Source of the DNA: Fibrobacterales bacterium
GTDB lineage: Bacteria > Fibrobacterota > Fibrobacteria > Fibrobacterales > JAOPTW01
Direction of reading: 5' to 3'
DNA: 64,000 bases
NCBI GenBank assembly: GCA_051532035.1
Contig: JAOPTW010000006.1
Span: 1-64,000 of the forward strand
Program-made: the position numbers and the translations under genes
Shown: one piece after another, positions 39,686 to 50,799 of the stretch
Position numbering within the stretch: the stretch's first letter is position 1
Layout: each line of letters begins with the position of its first letter
Notes under the pieces: generated by a model
Databases searched by the model: none
What the model was told of the DNA's origin: nothing
What the model saw: only the letters and a program-made list of their open reading frames with translations

Positions 39686-39779
39686 GCATTTTTTACATAT
39701 CCCACATTTTTATTAGAGCATTGCCCAAACTCATCAATTTGAGCCAATTTTTCTATATTATTCAATAAAAGCTGGCCCT

Positions 39780-41030
39780 ATGACATCGCAAACCTTACTT
39801 ATTCTCTTCATCTCCCTCTTCTCACTCAACACACTCATCACCATTTTTCTCGAAAAAATTAATAGCAATAATTTAAAAAAATTCCCGTCAGCACCCGGTC
39901 AATTTTCCTCCTCAATCTCTGAGACTGAATATCTTAAAAGCCAGGAGTACACAAAAGACAAGTCCCAGTTCTCCATCCTATCCACACTCTACTCAGCAAT
40001 AATAACCCTCATAATCCTCTTTTCTGGAATTCTACCTTGGGTCGATCACACAGTACTAGACGTTTTCTCGGTGCAGGCACACCCACTCAGTCACTCAGTA
40101 CTTGTCATACTTCTTCTCTCATTTATCGCAAGCATCCCCAACATCCCCTTTAAACTCTATAGTACCTTTAAGCTCGAGGCTAAATTTGGTTTTAATAAAC
40201 AGACATTCAAAGAGTTTGTCATCGATGAAGCCAAAGGGCTCCTTCTCTCTCTGATTATTGGAGTCCCCTTGCTCTTTGCTGTTTTCTGGTTTTTTGACGC
40301 AACGGGCCCACTCTGGTGGCTCTGGCTTTTTGGTTTTATCGCACTCTTTCAGATCGTGATGATGGTAATTTACCCAATATGGATTGCACCCCTCTTTAAT
40401 TCATTCACACCACTTGAAGAGGGGGAGCTCAAAGAGAGACTTGCCGACCTTGCACAAAAAGCTTCATTTGCAACCCAAGGTATCTTTGTTATGGATGGCT
40501 CAAAACGCTCGGGGCACTCAAATGCCTATTTCACAGGTTTTGGTTCATTCAGAAGAGTTGTTCTCTACGACACTTTAATCGAACAGTTAACCACTGATGA
40601 ACTTGTTTCAGTACTTGCACATGAGATTGGACACTACAAAAAAAAACACATCTATAAGATGTTAACACGCGCATTACTCTTTATGGGCTTTGGTCTCTAT
40701 ATTCTCTCATACGCCATTGGTTGGGAGCCACTCTATACTAGTTTTGATGTGACCCCAAGTTACCATATGGGCCTATTCCTTTTTATGACCATACTCTCTC
40801 CGCTCCTCTTTTTCATCACTCCTATTACCAACCTTTTTTCTCGCAAATATGAGTATGAAGCCGATGCTTATGCGGTGACTATTACAGAAAAAAAATCCCC
40901 CATGCAACAAGCCCTTATTAACTTAAGTAAAAAGAATCTCAGTAATCTCACTCCTCACCCCCTATACAGCGGCTTTTATTACTCTCATCCTACGACACTT
41001 GAGCGAATAGATGCAATTGAAGAGTTGTAG
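39780..41030 (+). CDS. M48 membrane zinc metalloprotease (Ste24p-like)
   Basis: DGSKRSGHSNAYFTG, HEIGH, EYEAD and YSHP motifs; multiple TMs. Confidence 0.95.
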   Translation: MTSQTLLILFISLFSLNTLITIFLEKINSNNLKKFPSAPGQFSSSISETEYLKSQEYTKDKSQFSILSTLYSAIITLIILFSGILPWVDHTVLDVFSVQAHPLSHSVLVILLLSFIASIPNIPFKLYSTFKLEAKFGFNKQTFKEFVIDEAKGLLLSLIIGVPLLFAVFWFFDATGPLWWLWLFGFIALFQIVMMVIYPIWIAPLFNSFTPLEEGELKERLADLAQKASFATQGIFVMDGSKRSGHSNAYFTGFGSFRRVVLYDTLIEQLTTDELVSVLAHEIGHYKKKHIYKMLTRALLFMGFGLYILSYAIGWEPLYTSFDVTPSYHMGLFLFMTILSPLLFFITPITNLFSRKYEYEADAYAVTITEKKSPMQQALINLSKKNLSNLTPHPLYSGFYYSHPTTLERIDAIEEL

Positions 41031-41089
41031 CCCTGAACAGTAAAAAATTTGTATTTTATATCTCAATCTTTAACTATGGTATTGGTCTA

Positions 41090-42142
41090 ATGAATTCTCG
41101 ATTTAAAAGCTTGTTCCTCATCTGCGTGATAGCAGCATCAGTTGTCCATGCCAATGCACCCTATGCCCCCAAAGGTGCTGTACGAAAAACAAGCATAGAT
41201 GATTTCTATAAGCATCCAAAAGTTAGTGATGATTTCAATGAGACCTGGCGTTATAATATCACTCTCAATAATGGCACTAAAATTTTTCTCAATTACACCT
41301 ATTTAAAAGTCCCCTTAAAAGGAACAAAATGTGGAACGAATGTATCACTCTACAACTTTCATGGAAAAAACTATCAGGTTGGTCGGCAATATCCTTCTGC
41401 CCGATTTAAACAGGACGCTACTCAAGAGTTAATCAGCATTAAAAATGCTACAGGAAACGATAACGTCTTCTACATGAAGGGAAAACCAGGGCCAGGCCAT
41501 ACCATTAAATTCCTCACCTCAAAGAATGAGGGATTTGATATCGAGCTCTTAGTTACTAAAAGCTATCCTGGACTCGTAAAGGGTGATGGCATTTTTAATA
41601 TTAGAGGTAAAAAAACAGGACTATTTATTCACCTCCCTTCTGCAGAAATCAAAGGGACCATTCGAGTGGGCAAGAAAAAAGAGCACGTAACGGGAACAAT
41701 GTATATGGAACAGATCTGGCAATCACATCTCTCTACAGAGACCTCTTCTCATGCCTTCCAAATGTATGGTGCAAAGAGCCCTCTCATGGGCAACGTTATG
41801 ATCGGCTCTAAATCACTTCATTCCAATGTTTTTGGATACGCAATTAATCGCCAAGACACCACACTGATTTTCCCTAAAATCGTTACCTCTCGTGGCGCTA
41901 CTGTATCCTATAAAAATACTGCTATAACTGACCCAATCTTTACTTTTTGGGGTCGTGAAAAACCATTTATAGGAAATACCTTTACCACTCAACAGCGGTA
42001 TTCAGTATTACTGACCATCGATGGATGGTTTGCTAAAAAAGCGGCCAAAATGGCTATGGGTGGAGAGGCCATTTTTAATAGAGGCGTCGGCCTCCTCGAC
42101 AACCTCCCCATTGACTACAATTTCTATCAGCTGGAAGACTAA
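41090..42142 (+). CDS. Exported hypothetical beta-rich protein (possibly AttH/lipocalin-like)
   Basis: Signal peptide ending VHA; NETWRY and GTMYMEQIW motifs. Confidence 0.6.
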   Translation: MNSRFKSLFLICVIAASVVHANAPYAPKGAVRKTSIDDFYKHPKVSDDFNETWRYNITLNNGTKIFLNYTYLKVPLKGTKCGTNVSLYNFHGKNYQVGRQYPSARFKQDATQELISIKNATGNDNVFYMKGKPGPGHTIKFLTSKNEGFDIELLVTKSYPGLVKGDGIFNIRGKKTGLFIHLPSAEIKGTIRVGKKKEHVTGTMYMEQIWQSHLSTETSSHAFQMYGAKSPLMGNVMIGSKSLHSNVFGYAINRQDTTLIFPKIVTSRGATVSYKNTAITDPIFTFWGREKPFIGNTFTTQQRYSVLLTIDGWFAKKAAKMAMGGEAIFNRGVGLLDNLPIDYNFYQLED

Positions 42143-42906
42143 TGACCAAGTTTAGACCGTGTATTGACCTCCATAATGGCGCAGTAAAACAGATCGTTGG
42201 CGGCACTCTCAATGACACCACTGCCCCTGTAACCAATTTTGTATCAAACAATTCAGCAGAGTGGTTTGCTCATCAGTACCGCTCTGACAAGCTCACTGGC
42301 GGCCATGTAATCAAACTAGGCCCCGGCAATGAAGCCGCCGCCCTTGAGGCACTCAAGGCATACCCTGGAGGTCTTCAAATTGGTGGTGGCATTACCCCAG
42401 ATAATGCACTCTCTTATTTAGAGGCTGGCGCATCACATGTCATCGTAACCTCATACCTCTTTACCGACAAAACATTTGACTATGAAAAATTAAAAAAACT
42501 GGTCGACACAGTTGGCAAAGATCGCTTAATACTGGATCTGAGCTGTAGAGCACAAGGTGAGAGTTGGTTTGTCGCTACAGATCGCTGGCAAACAGTTACC
42601 GACACTGAAATAACTTCTGAAACTCTTTCGGTGCTCGAAAAATATTGTGCTGAATTTCTGGTACATGCTGCTGATGTTGAAGGGCTCCAAGGAGGTATCG
42701 ATACTCGTCTCGTAGCCTTTCTAGCCGATCACACTACCATTCCCGTGACCTATGCAGGCGGTGCTCGCACCATAGCAGACCTTCAATTGGTACATGAGTT
42801 ATCTCATGGGAAAATAGACCTCACGATTGGGAGTGCATTAGATATTTTTGGAGGTTCTGGAGTAACTTATGCAGAGTGTCTTTCGTTTAACTCACAGGAA
42901 ACGTAA
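42142..42906 (+). CDS. hisA: ProFAR isomerase HisA, eukaryotic HIS6 type
   Basis: KFRPCIDLHNGAVKQIVGGTL, GGHVIKLG, EFLVHAADVEG and DLTIGSALDIFGG motifs. Confidence 0.93.
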   Translation: MTKFRPCIDLHNGAVKQIVGGTLNDTTAPVTNFVSNNSAEWFAHQYRSDKLTGGHVIKLGPGNEAAALEALKAYPGGLQIGGGITPDNALSYLEAGASHVIVTSYLFTDKTFDYEKLKKLVDTVGKDRLILDLSCRAQGESWFVATDRWQTVTDTEITSETLSVLEKYCAEFLVHAADVEGLQGGIDTRLVAFLADHTTIPVTYAGGARTIADLQLVHELSHGKIDLTIGSALDIFGGSGVTYAECLSFNSQET

Positions 42907-42989
42907 CCACCTCCGCCCTATAATTTAGGGACAGCTCCCTGTATAAAAGCTATATTTAGGCCACTCCACTCTTTTGTATTGAGATACCT

Positions 42990-44336
42990 GTGAATAGAGC
43001 CCAAAAGCGAACCTTTGGCAAAGAACGTAAAGTCATACATCTACAACCAAATCTTTTGGGAACGCTCAATCTTGTCATTCGATTTGGCTGTATTCTCTTA
43101 GCCAACCTTCCCTCTCTCATACAATTTCGATTCTTATATAAGCGTAGGCCAAAGCGCACCTCGCCACGCGTCTTTCTCTACTCAGATAACCTCGACGAAA
43201 CTAATGGTATATCAGTTAATTCACGTATTGTTGTTTCACGACTCAAAGAGATGGGAAAAGATGCCTACCTTATTGGTTCAGCATATCACACCAATCCACG
43301 CGGACGGGTTGAGCACAATGGAACGATCCTTGCCCCACAACTATTTTCACTTGAACAGTTTGGCTACAAAGATTCAGAGATGGCAATCCCATCTCTGGGA
43401 GATCTTATTAAAGTTTTTAGGCACCTCCCTCCTGACCTCATTGAAATTGAGACTCCTGCGAGTGGCGCATCACTCATCACCTTTGCTGCAAAAATTGTAG
43501 GTATACCTGTTATACAGCACTACCGTACTGATATGATAGCCTATATGAAAAAACTCGATGTCGGATTGGCTGAACGCATTTTTACCAAACTGTGGATTAA
43601 AGTGATCAGTAAAGTAACTCGTCCTATAATAGTCCCTTCGGAGGACTTTCGTATTAAGGTGAGAAAAGAGTTTGGAATACCCGAACAGGATATTGTTAAA
43701 ATCCGACGTGGTGTAAACATTGCCGATTTCTCTCCTGAATTTAAACAAGAGCCTTTTTGGAACCAATGGTCTGAAAATAGTACCGCTACAAGGTTTGTCT
43801 ATGTCGGTCGTGTTTCGAAAGAGAAAGAGCTCGATTTTCTGGAAGAAGTGTGGAAAGAATTTAGAACCACACACACTAACTGTGAACTCCTTATCGTTGG
43901 AGACGGACCCTACTTAGATGACATGAAGAAGCATGCAGAGTTTTTCCCCGAAGTATTTTTCAGTGGTAAACTTCTCGGAAAAGAGCTCTCTCTTGCCTAT
44001 GCGCACGCTGACTTCTTTCTCTTCCCCAGTGGCACCGACACCTTTGGCAATGTGGTTGTTGAAGCGCTTGCAAGTGGAACACCTGCTATTGTCTCAGACA
44101 GTGGTGGCCCTAAAGACATTATTGAGTCGGGTGAATATGGTAGAGTGATCCCCTTTAAAGATCACATCTGTTGGATTGATGCCCTTGAAGAGTGTCACGA
44201 AATTCGACAAACAATGCCCGAACGATTTGCGGAGATGCAACACGCTGCTGTTGGTCGTTCACTCTATTATGATCTCGACAAATCGTGCAGCGCATTTTGG
44301 GAATTCTACGAAAAAATATTACTCTATCGTTTTTAA
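42990..44336 (+). CDS. Glycosyltransferase family 4
   Basis: YVGRVSKEK, VGDGP and FPSGTDTFGNVVVEALASG motifs. Confidence 0.92.
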   Translation: MNRAQKRTFGKERKVIHLQPNLLGTLNLVIRFGCILLANLPSLIQFRFLYKRRPKRTSPRVFLYSDNLDETNGISVNSRIVVSRLKEMGKDAYLIGSAYHTNPRGRVEHNGTILAPQLFSLEQFGYKDSEMAIPSLGDLIKVFRHLPPDLIEIETPASGASLITFAAKIVGIPVIQHYRTDMIAYMKKLDVGLAERIFTKLWIKVISKVTRPIIVPSEDFRIKVRKEFGIPEQDIVKIRRGVNIADFSPEFKQEPFWNQWSENSTATRFVYVGRVSKEKELDFLEEVWKEFRTTHTNCELLIVGDGPYLDDMKKHAEFFPEVFFSGKLLGKELSLAYAHADFFLFPSGTDTFGNVVVEALASGTPAIVSDSGGPKDIIESGEYGRVIPFKDHICWIDALEECHEIRQTMPERFAEMQHAAVGRSLYYDLDKSCSAFWEFYEKILLYRF

Positions 44337-47300
44337 CTTTTTTTCATTCCAAATCGAGCAAATACCCAGTAGAGCATCGGTACAAAAAAGAGGGTTAAGG
44401 TTGTTGAGACAATTAAGCCACCAATTGATGCGATAGCCATTGGCTGGCGCATCTCTGCCCCTGCCCCAATCCCAATTGCAAGGGGCATCATAGCCATTAT
44501 CGTTGCAATATTAGTCATAACAATAGCACGGAACTTACTTGCTGCCCCTTTAATTGCCGCTTCTCGCAGTGTGTGATTATGGTGGCGAATGAGGTTATTC
44601 GCATAATCGAGAATCAAAATACCATTATTCACCACAATACCAATAAGCATCACAATAGCCATCAAAGATATAATTGAAATGGCCGAGCCCGAAAGAAAAA
44701 GTGACCAGATCACACCGATCAAACCCAGTGGTATGGTAGACATAATAATAAGCGGCTGTAAAAAGCTCTCGAGTAGGGCGGTAAGAAGTACATATGTCAA
44801 AATGATCGCCATAATAATTGCAATCAAAAAGTCTGCTGCTGCATCAGCCATCATTTCTGCATTACCTCCAAAAGTGACACGGGTATCCCCTTTAAGGTTG
44901 AGGGCTTTTATATAAGGGTCCAGCTGCTTTTGTACATCTCCCGGTGTCATACCTGGAACGAGATTTGTTGAGATCTTTACCATACGTTCTTTATTTTTTC
45001 TCGATATAGTTGTGGGCCCCTCAGAAGTGCTCTCCTCTACAAAAGATGCAAGAGGAATTACACCGCGGGGACTGAGTATAGGGAGTGAAAGAATATCTGA
45101 TCGCTTTTTACGGTCACTCTCCGCAAACTTGACCGTGACATCATACTCATCTGCACCGTCTCGGTATTGTGTTGCGGCGTCACCAACAACATACATGCGA
45201 ATAGTTTGGGCAATTTGACCAACGGTCACCCCATAGTCTGCAACTGCATTTCTTCGAGGACGAAGTACTAGCTCTGGTTTACCGCTTTTCCAGTTGGTCT
45301 CCATATCTGCAACGCCAGGTACAGCAGCAATAAAACTACTGACCGAATCTACAGCCTCGAGTATATACTCCATGTTACTCCCTACAATCTCGACATCAAG
45401 ATCACTCGCATTAGGGTCACCCCCAGTAGATTTAATAGACTTAATTATTATAGATGCATCTGGAATATGGATCATTTTAGTTCTCAAATCAGCAACAATC
45501 TCTTCCGTCGAACGATCACGTTCCGACTTACCTTTAAGTTGTACCACAACAAAGGATAGATGCCCCCCTTGTGCCAGCCCCTCAATAGTCCCAATAGTTG
45601 CATACTGTGAAACGAGCTCAGGTACATCTCTTAAAACTTCTTCAACTTTTGCAACGGCCCTATTAGAAGTTTCCAGATTGGTCCCTGAGGGAAGCTCTAT
45701 TTTAACTTCAAAAGTTCCCTCATCAGATTTAGGCACAAATTCACCGCCCAACTGCGTAACCACAATACCAATACTTGCAAAAAGCAACAGCACAACAATA
45801 GAAGTCACAATAGTTCCAAGACGGGTCAGCACCAATTCGAGTCCTTGCTCATACCGTTGCTCAATCCAATACATCAACCCTTTCCGCTCAGTATCGGCAA
45901 AGGCATCAATCTCTTTTTGGTTCCGGTTGTGCAGCATGCGTGAAGCCATCATTGGAGTGAGCGTGAAGGAGACAAATAGTGATACTCCTGTGACATAGAC
46001 CATAGTCATGCCAAACTCTACAAAAAAGGCCCCTACCATACTCTGCATAAAAGCAATCGGTACAAACACTGCTACATTAGTCAATGTGGAGGCGATTACT
46101 GCCGTAGCAATCTCCATAGTCCCTTTTTCTGCAGACTCCTTAGGGCAATCACCTTGTCCCATATGTTTGATAATATTCTCGAGTACCACAATTGAGTTGG
46201 TGACCAAAATACCAACAGCAATACCAATCGCCATGAGACTCATCATATTAAACGTGAACCCTGAACCATACATAAAGGTTACCGTTCCAATAATCGAAAC
46301 GGGCATTGTTGTAGCGGCAATGATAGTGATTGACATTTTTCTCAAGAAAACAAGTAACACAATCGCTGTAAGAATAATACCAAAAACAATATTGACATAG
46401 ACATCATTAACCGAGTTGTTCACAAAGATAGAGTTGTCCTTTGCGATACTCACAGTATATCCTTCTGGAAGCTCGGCAGATATTGCAACCAATCTCTTTT
46501 TAATTTTGTCGGCTACATTAATGATATTTGCATCTGCCCGTTTTTTAATACTGAGCCCCACAGAGGTGACCTCATTATAACGCGCATCCTGTTCTTGTTC
46601 TTTGTACGTATCAGTCACTTGAGCAATATGCTTTAATTGAACCACTCCCATTTTCGTGGGGATCTCAAGTTCATTGAGTTGATCAAGAGAAACAAATTTT
46701 GAATTTATTCGCACATTAATATCTTGTGCTTGATTCTCTATGTTACCCAGGGGAAAGTTAAGATTGCTCGCACGAATAATTCCAAAAACCGACTCATACG
46801 AGAGTCCTCTTGCTTCCATTTCAGTTTTGCTCAGTTCAACAAGAATTTCACGTTCAACGCCCCCTTCAATATTAACTGCAGCAACACCTGAAATTTTTGC
46901 CAACTGCTCTTGAATATCCTCTGCTCTCTTTTTTACCGCAACGAGAGATTCATCTCCGGTCAGCGCGAGCGAGAGTACCGGCTTATCTCCAATATCAAAT
47001 TTAGTAACAATCGGATCTTCTATCGCATCCGGTAGCTCCCTTCTAATTTCATTTATCTTATCTTTTACATCAATTGAGGCAAAGTCAACATTAAGGCCCA
47101 TATTAAATTGAATAGTAATGATACTTACCCCTTCCATTTGATATGAGTAGATCAGATCAACTCCATCAAGAAGAGAAAACGCATCTTCGAGTTTTTCAGT
47201 CACCGAAGTCTCAATCTCTTCAGGCCCCGCCCCGGGATAGATCGTTGTAATGGTAACAACAGGAACATCAACCTTAGGCATGATCTCCATAGACATCATT

Positions 47301-47392
47301 CTAAAAGTGTAGATACCAAACACCACAAGCGCAGTGATTATCATGAGCATGGTAATTGGTTTATTGATACTTAATCGTATTAGTGAGCGCAT
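44333..47392 (-). CDS. RND efflux permease (AcrB/CusA superfamily)
   Basis: YPGAGPEEIE, NSIVVLENI, GIVVNNGIL and RAIVMT motifs; 1019 aa, 12-TM pattern. Confidence 0.96.
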   Translation of the reverse strand: MRSLIRLSINKPITMLMIITALVVFGIYTFRMMSMEIMPKVDVPVVTITTIYPGAGPEEIETSVTEKLEDAFSLLDGVDLIYSYQMEGVSIITIQFNMGLNVDFASIDVKDKINEIRRELPDAIEDPIVTKFDIGDKPVLSLALTGDESLVAVKKRAEDIQEQLAKISGVAAVNIEGGVEREILVELSKTEMEARGLSYESVFGIIRASNLNFPLGNIENQAQDINVRINSKFVSLDQLNELEIPTKMGVVQLKHIAQVTDTYKEQEQDARYNEVTSVGLSIKKRADANIINVADKIKKRLVAISAELPEGYTVSIAKDNSIFVNNSVNDVYVNIVFGIILTAIVLLVFLRKMSITIIAATTMPVSIIGTVTFMYGSGFTFNMMSLMAIGIAVGILVTNSIVVLENIIKHMGQGDCPKESAEKGTMEIATAVIASTLTNVAVFVPIAFMQSMVGAFFVEFGMTMVYVTGVSLFVSFTLTPMMASRMLHNRNQKEIDAFADTERKGLMYWIEQRYEQGLELVLTRLGTIVTSIVVLLLFASIGIVVTQLGGEFVPKSDEGTFEVKIELPSGTNLETSNRAVAKVEEVLRDVPELVSQYATIGTIEGLAQGGHLSFVVVQLKGKSERDRSTEEIVADLRTKMIHIPDASIIIKSIKSTGGDPNASDLDVEIVGSNMEYILEAVDSVSSFIAAVPGVADMETNWKSGKPELVLRPRRNAVADYGVTVGQIAQTIRMYVVGDAATQYRDGADEYDVTVKFAESDRKKRSDILSLPILSPRGVIPLASFVEESTSEGPTTISRKNKERMVKISTNLVPGMTPGDVQKQLDPYIKALNLKGDTRVTFGGNAEMMADAAADFLIAIIMAIILTYVLLTALLESFLQPLIIMSTIPLGLIGVIWSLFLSGSAISIISLMAIVMLIGIVVNNGILILDYANNLIRHHNHTLREAAIKGAASKFRAIVMTNIATIMAMMPLAIGIGAGAEMRQPMAIASIGGLIVSTTLTLFFVPMLYWVFARFGMKKS

Positions 47393-47411
47393 TATATTCT
47401 CCTCATCTTAC

Positions 47412-48473
47412 CTATTGAGCGCCAGTAATCTGATTAGTCATCAGTACTTTCACACCATCACTCAATCGCGTTGCACCAGTAGTCACAACAAAGTCCCCTT
47501 CGGCCACACCCGTTTTAATAGATGCATGATCATCATTCTCCAAGAGTACTTTGACTAACTGCTTCTTGGCTACACCATTTTTAACCACGTACACATAGGG
47601 TTTTTCTTTATCGTATCTCAGAGAAGCTATTGGAATATATTTCCCCTCTTGCTCATTAGTAATCACATTTGCCTTAACATACATACCGGGTTTCAGTGAT
47701 TTTTCTTTGTTATTAAACCGAATCTCAACATTAAAGAAACGAGTCATAGGATTTGCCGCGAGCGGGACCTTCTCTACATGTCCCCATATTTTTTTATCAG
47801 CCATCTCAACAAATGCGTTCAACCCTTTTTTAAATTTGTGGATCTCTTGTGAACTCACATTCACTTTGAGAAGCATGGTATTAATCTGTGCTATTTTCAT
47901 CATAGGATATTCATCTTTACCCGTAATAGCAACCGTTCCCTCTTTAAAAAAGATATCAGTAATGACGCCATTGAAAGGGGCAAGGACATTTCTCGCTTTT
48001 CTCATAGAATCAAAGTTTGCTTTAGCGGCCAAATAATTTGCTTCAACCTCATCGAGTTTTTGTTTTGAAACACCACCCTTTTCATAGACCCGTTTTAAAC
48101 GATTATATGATTTCTCTGAAATATTAAACTGAACCTGTGCCTGACGGTACTTCGGCGTTACTCCTTGATCATCAAGAATTGCAAGTACTTGGTCTTTTTT
48201 AACATAGTCACCAATTGCAACTGATATCTTTTGAATATACTCAGGGAGTACTGCATAGATATTTTTTTGTCGCGCCCCTTCTACATCACCAGAGTACTTA
48301 CTGATTTTTGAAATTTTACCCGATGCTACAACATCAACGGTAACCGGGACTCCTTTCTGTGCTTGAAGTTCTGTCATGTTTGGTTTGTCATCAACCGGTG
48401 CTTTTTCACACCCTACCATTATCAGTACGCAACTTACTATTGGTATTATTACTCTCATAACTTTCATTTTCAT
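47412..48473 (-). CDS. RND membrane fusion protein (lipoprotein)
   Basis: Lipobox MVGC; GDYVKKDQVL, APFNGVI and LKPGMYV motifs. Confidence 0.94.
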   Translation of the reverse strand: MKMKVMRVIIPIVSCVLIMVGCEKAPVDDKPNMTELQAQKGVPVTVDVVASGKISKISKYSGDVEGARQKNIYAVLPEYIQKISVAIGDYVKKDQVLAILDDQGVTPKYRQAQVQFNISEKSYNRLKRVYEKGGVSKQKLDEVEANYLAAKANFDSMRKARNVLAPFNGVITDIFFKEGTVAITGKDEYPMMKIAQINTMLLKVNVSSQEIHKFKKGLNAFVEMADKKIWGHVEKVPLAANPMTRFFNVEIRFNNKEKSLKPGMYVKANVITNEQEGKYIPIASLRYDKEKPYVYVVKNGVAKKQLVKVLLENDDHASIKTGVAEGDFVVTTGATRLSDGVKVLMTNQITGAQ

Positions 48474-48479
48474 ACCTTC

Positions 48480-49859
48480 CTAAAAAATCCCCATCGCCTG
48501 TTTAAGGCCAATCGATGCCAATGTATAGGCTAATAGAGCCTCTTGATACTGCAATTTCGCTTTTCTCACTTCGAGTTCAGCGTCGAGCACTTCAAGTTGT
48601 GTTGCTTCTCCTATCTCATAGGATGCACTCACCATACCCTCTGTCTTTTGTGTCAGCTCAATGAGCCTCTTACGTATATTAATTTGTCGCTCAGCTTCTG
48701 CAAGGTTTTCCCATTCTGATTCTAACTGCAGCTTAATTCCCTTACGCGCTTTATCAGTATTTATTTTAACCTTTTCAAGCTCAGTTCTCGCTTGCACGAC
48801 CCGTTCTTTAGTCGAAAGGCCATTAAACAGATTAAGCTTTATTCCTGCAAATACTCGAGCATCGGTGTGCCATGTATCATTGATCACTTTATCGCCAATA
48901 TTTAGTAAGGTATATGCACCGCCAACGTAGAGTGTCGGAAAGTAATCTGACTGCTCTATAGTGATAGCGTAGTCCCGGAGTTTTTGCAATTGCTGCAACT
49001 GTGCAAGCTCTCGTCTATGCATGAGCGCAGTATCAAATGAATTTTCTTTTTTAAATGTAACTTCGGGTGTTTCAAGACTCCCCTCTATCGCTACCTCTTT
49101 GTTGTATGAAAGCCCCATTATATTCAGAAGGGCATTTTTAGCAAGAACCAAATCTTGTTGCATTGCATCAGCATCAACATCAAGACTACTCACATTAATT
49201 TGTGCACGCAGATAATCAATTTCACTGACAAGCCCTGAAGTATACATTGTTTCCACTTGACTCAAATGTTTTTGAGCCGTCGAAAGTGCTTCTATCATAA
49301 TCTTTACAGCTTTATCAAAATAGAGTGCTCTGAAAAAACTTTGAGTCACTACAAATTTCACTTCTGTTATAAGAGCATCATGCTGATATTCACTCAGCTT
49401 TTCATATTCAACAGCAATCTTTGGAGCAGTCCACGCCGCTTGATTAAAAACAGTTTGAGTCAGTACGAGTCCCGCCGTTGTTTGATAATCATTTGACATG
49501 CTTTCACCAAGGCCTTGCATCATTGAACCAATATCTTGAGCGAGAGCAGCAGTTGGTTGGCTAAAGCCTGTAGTATCTGGATTTAAAAAAGGGGCCGTCG
49601 TAGGATAGGGGTTACTGTTGTCCCCCGCCAAAGGGTTGTATTGCTCAAGAGTCCATTCCCACTTTGCATCAAAATCAAGCTTAGGAAAGACTGCACTATA
49701 GGCTGCACGCACTTGTGAACGCGAATTCTTAAGAGCCTCATAAGACTCTTTAATTGATTGGTTATGTGCTACTGCAATCTTTACCGCCTTCTCTAAGGTA
49801 TAGAGTTCTGCAAAAAGCGAGACCGATAAGAGTAACACATATATAATCCATTTATTCAT
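48480..49859 (-). CDS. TolC-family outer membrane efflux protein
   Basis: Signal peptide; FPKLD and YFPTL repeats, LNLFNG, YEIGEATQLEVLDA. Confidence 0.93.
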   Translation of the reverse strand: MNKWIIYVLLLSVSLFAELYTLEKAVKIAVAHNQSIKESYEALKNSRSQVRAAYSAVFPKLDFDAKWEWTLEQYNPLAGDNSNPYPTTAPFLNPDTTGFSQPTAALAQDIGSMMQGLGESMSNDYQTTAGLVLTQTVFNQAAWTAPKIAVEYEKLSEYQHDALITEVKFVVTQSFFRALYFDKAVKIMIEALSTAQKHLSQVETMYTSGLVSEIDYLRAQINVSSLDVDADAMQQDLVLAKNALLNIMGLSYNKEVAIEGSLETPEVTFKKENSFDTALMHRRELAQLQQLQKLRDYAITIEQSDYFPTLYVGGAYTLLNIGDKVINDTWHTDARVFAGIKLNLFNGLSTKERVVQARTELEKVKINTDKARKGIKLQLESEWENLAEAERQINIRKRLIELTQKTEGMVSASYEIGEATQLEVLDAELEVRKAKLQYQEALLAYTLASIGLKQAMGIF

Positions 49860-49872
49860 AATAGATCATTTC

Positions 49873-50475
49873 CTATAGTTCTTTAAAAAAAGAATTCATT
49901 AATAATTCAGAAACAACAATATCATCTTCAGATAGTATTCCGCGAATCATGCATTTTTTAATCGCCGACAAATTGGTAAAAAATGAAATACTTAAGAAAT
50001 GGGCATCGGTTTTTTTAATTTCCCCCCGTTCCATTGCCTGTTCAAACATTTCAATAAAAGGGGCATGGAAAGAGTCAAAGAACTGACATGATTTATTGAA
50101 CACGTCGCTGTTCTGTACCTGCCAAGATGAATACTCTAAGAAGGCGAGTATCTCATTCAAAGCTACTTGCTTAAGGAAGTAGTCGTGAGAAATGGTGAGC
50201 ACCTGCCGCATTTTATCACTAATATGACTTTCTTTAGGTACTGTTTGGGAAATCTCTGCCAAAAACTCACTAAACACCTTCTCTACTAGAGACCAAATGA
50301 TATCTTCTTTATTTTTAAAATAGTTGTAGAGTGTCCCCTTTCCAAAGTCGGCTTTTTTTGCAATATCATCAACGGATATATTGGTAATGCCCTTCTCTGC
50401 GATAAGGTAGGATGTCGCATTTAAAATCTCTTCGACATTTCTTCTTCTGTTTTTTTCTTTACGCGTTTCCAACAC
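49873..50475 (-). CDS. TetR/AcrR family regulator
   Basis: SVDDIAKKADFGKGTLYNYFKNKEDI HTH; first gene of the efflux operon. Confidence 0.95.
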   Translation of the reverse strand: MLETRKEKNRRRNVEEILNATSYLIAEKGITNISVDDIAKKADFGKGTLYNYFKNKEDIIWSLVEKVFSEFLAEISQTVPKESHISDKMRQVLTISHDYFLKQVALNEILAFLEYSSWQVQNSDVFNKSCQFFDSFHAPFIEMFEQAMERGEIKKTDAHFLSISFFTNLSAIKKCMIRGILSEDDIVVSELLMNSFFKEL

Positions 50476-50494
50476 TATACTCTCATTCTTTTTT

Positions 50495-50526
50495 TGACTG
50501 GTAGGTCATAATTTAGACAAGAAGTC
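50495..50526. promoter_or_regulatory. Putative TetR operator
   Basis: TGAC-N6-GTCA (50495-50508) and GAC-N5-GTC (50516-50526) just upstream of the tetR start. Confidence 0.5.
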
Positions 50527-50799
50527 GTAAGTAAGCAACACAATTAAGGTAACGCTTTGTAACATTGTGCTTTTTTACTCGCCTTATCCCTAATAGCTCA
50601 ACCAATCAAGGGGATCAGTATTGCAGAGATTGTACCCAATATCAGAGAATGATTCAAGAATTTACCCTTTTTCTTCTGAATTATACATCATCTTACTCCC
50701 AGGGCGCCAAATCAGTCAGATAATCACAATCACTTATTCACAAAATGTCAAAATTTTGATATAATTGAGGCAAACACATATAACAGTTTTGGTTAAATT

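Noticed and set aside
39441..39689. 82 aa minus-strand ORF
   Set aside because: Begins inside the sigma28 -35 region and spans the structured leader, so it cannot be on that transcript.
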